Shown here piece by piece: positions 14,085 through 14,917 of a stretch of DNA of 14,917 nt. Made by a program: the position numbers and the translations under genes. The stretch is from positions 1-14,917 of the forward strand of contig JBGQEL010000105.1 of NCBI GenBank assembly GCA_041496385.1, in the 5' to 3' direction. The stretch comes from Candidatus Methylomirabilia bacterium (GTDB lineage: Bacteria; Methylomirabilota; Methylomirabilia; Rokubacteriales; CSP1-6). The notes under the pieces are model-generated. The model searched no databases. It saw only the letters and a list, made by a program, of their open reading frames with translations, and was not told the DNA's origin. The number at the start of each line of letters is the position of its first letter. Within the stretch, counting starts at the first letter, position 1.

Positions 14085-14917
14085 ATGAGGATTGGCATCC
14101 TGATTCCAACCCGCGGCGTCGTGATGCAGTCGGCGCGGCGACCCGCGGTGGATGAGTGCTGGACGATGGCGCGCGTCGCGGACCGCGCGGGCTACGACGC
14201 CGTCTGGGTGGGCGACAGCATCGTCGCCAAGCCGCGCCTCGAGCCGCTGACGACTCTCGCCTATCTCGCCGGCATCACCCGGACGGTGCGCCTGGGCACG
14301 GCGGTGCTGCTCCCCGCGCTCCGGCATCCGGTCGTGCTCGCCCACCAGATCGCCAACGTGGACCAGATCTCGCGCGGCCGCGTGGTGCTGGGCCTGGGCG
14401 TCGGCTGGAGCCTGCCCTCCGCCGAGCGGGAGTGGGCCGCGTGCGGCGCGGACCACAAGCGCCGCGTCCGGCACCTCGAGGAGCACGTCCAGACGTGGCG
14501 GAAGCTCTGGGACGGCGAGCCCGTCACGGGGACGGGCGAGGACTTCGAGCTGACGGAGCACACGATCGGTCCGCTCCCGTGGAGCGCGGCGGGCCCGCCC
14601 GTCCTGATCACCGCGGGCAATCGCGGCGAGCTCCTTCCCGCGCAGTTCGACCGGTTCGCGCGGCTCGGCGACGGGATCATCACGACGTACCTCCACGCCG
14701 AGGAATGTCGGCTCGTGCGCGAGCGGGCCGAGGAGGCGCTCGCGCGGCGCGCGCGGGCCCTCCCCGACTTTCCCCTCTGCGTGTACACGACGGTGCGGCT
14801 CGACGACGAGCCGGAAACGGCCGAGCGCTTCACCCGGGAGTTCCTCGCCGCCTACTACGGCGGCGGCGTGCACTCGCGCGGCACGATGGGCCTGGGCCCG
14901 GCCGGTGTCGTCATCGA
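14085..14917 (+). CDS. Second LLM-class flavin (possibly F420)-dependent oxidoreductase, 3' end beyond window
   Basis: Not in the ORF track. Manual translation gives MRIGILIPTRGVVMQSARRPAVDECWTMARVADRAGYDAVWVGDSIVAKPRLEPLTTLAYLAGITRTVRLGTAVLLPALRHPVVLAHQIANVDQISRGRVVLGLGVGW. Confidence 0.9.
   Translation, partial: MRIGILIPTRGVVMQSARRPAVDECWTMARVADRAGYDAVWVGDSIVAKPRLEPLTTLAYLAGITRTVRLGTAVLLPALRHPVVLAHQIANVDQISRGRVVLGLGVGWSLPSAEREWAACGADHKRRVRHLEEHVQTWRKLWDGEPVTGTGEDFELTEHTIGPLPWSAAGPPVLITAGNRGELLPAQFDRFARLGDGIITTYLHAEECRLVRERAEEALARRARALPDFPLCVYTTVRLDDEPETAERFTREFLAAYYGGGVHSRGTMGLGPAGVVI

Overview
GC-rich (about 70% by eye) bacterial chromosomal region of catabolic and cell-envelope genes. 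The mix of LLM oxidoreductases, solitary solute-binding proteins, an enolase-superfamily enzyme and an amidohydrolase is reminiscent of Ca. Rokubacteria-like soil bacteria (inference only). Left part, minus strand: a tightly packed operon of a MenB/BadI-like crotonase, a PaaK-family aryl-CoA ligase, an LLM oxidoreductase, a Liv-type binding protein and a LivH permease that runs off the window. Next come a secreted GlcG/HbpS-type protein behind a long structured intergenic region, a secreted collagen-like protein ending in a shortened phage tail-collar domain, and an amidohydrolase. On the plus strand are a family-5 solute-binding protein and a PQQ sugar dehydrogenase fused to three InlB-B-like repeats and a triple His-motif tail. 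The window ends with a mandelate racemase-family enzyme, a small Pro/Tyr-rich exported protein and a second LLM that runs off the window. I saw no mobile elements, CRISPR, rRNA or tRNA. Best leads: the needle-less collar/collagen fusion, the CoA-dependent operon whose crotonase has a non-canonical active site, the triple-repeat C-terminal domain, and several enzymes with substituted catalytic residues. All family calls come from recalled motifs, not from searches.
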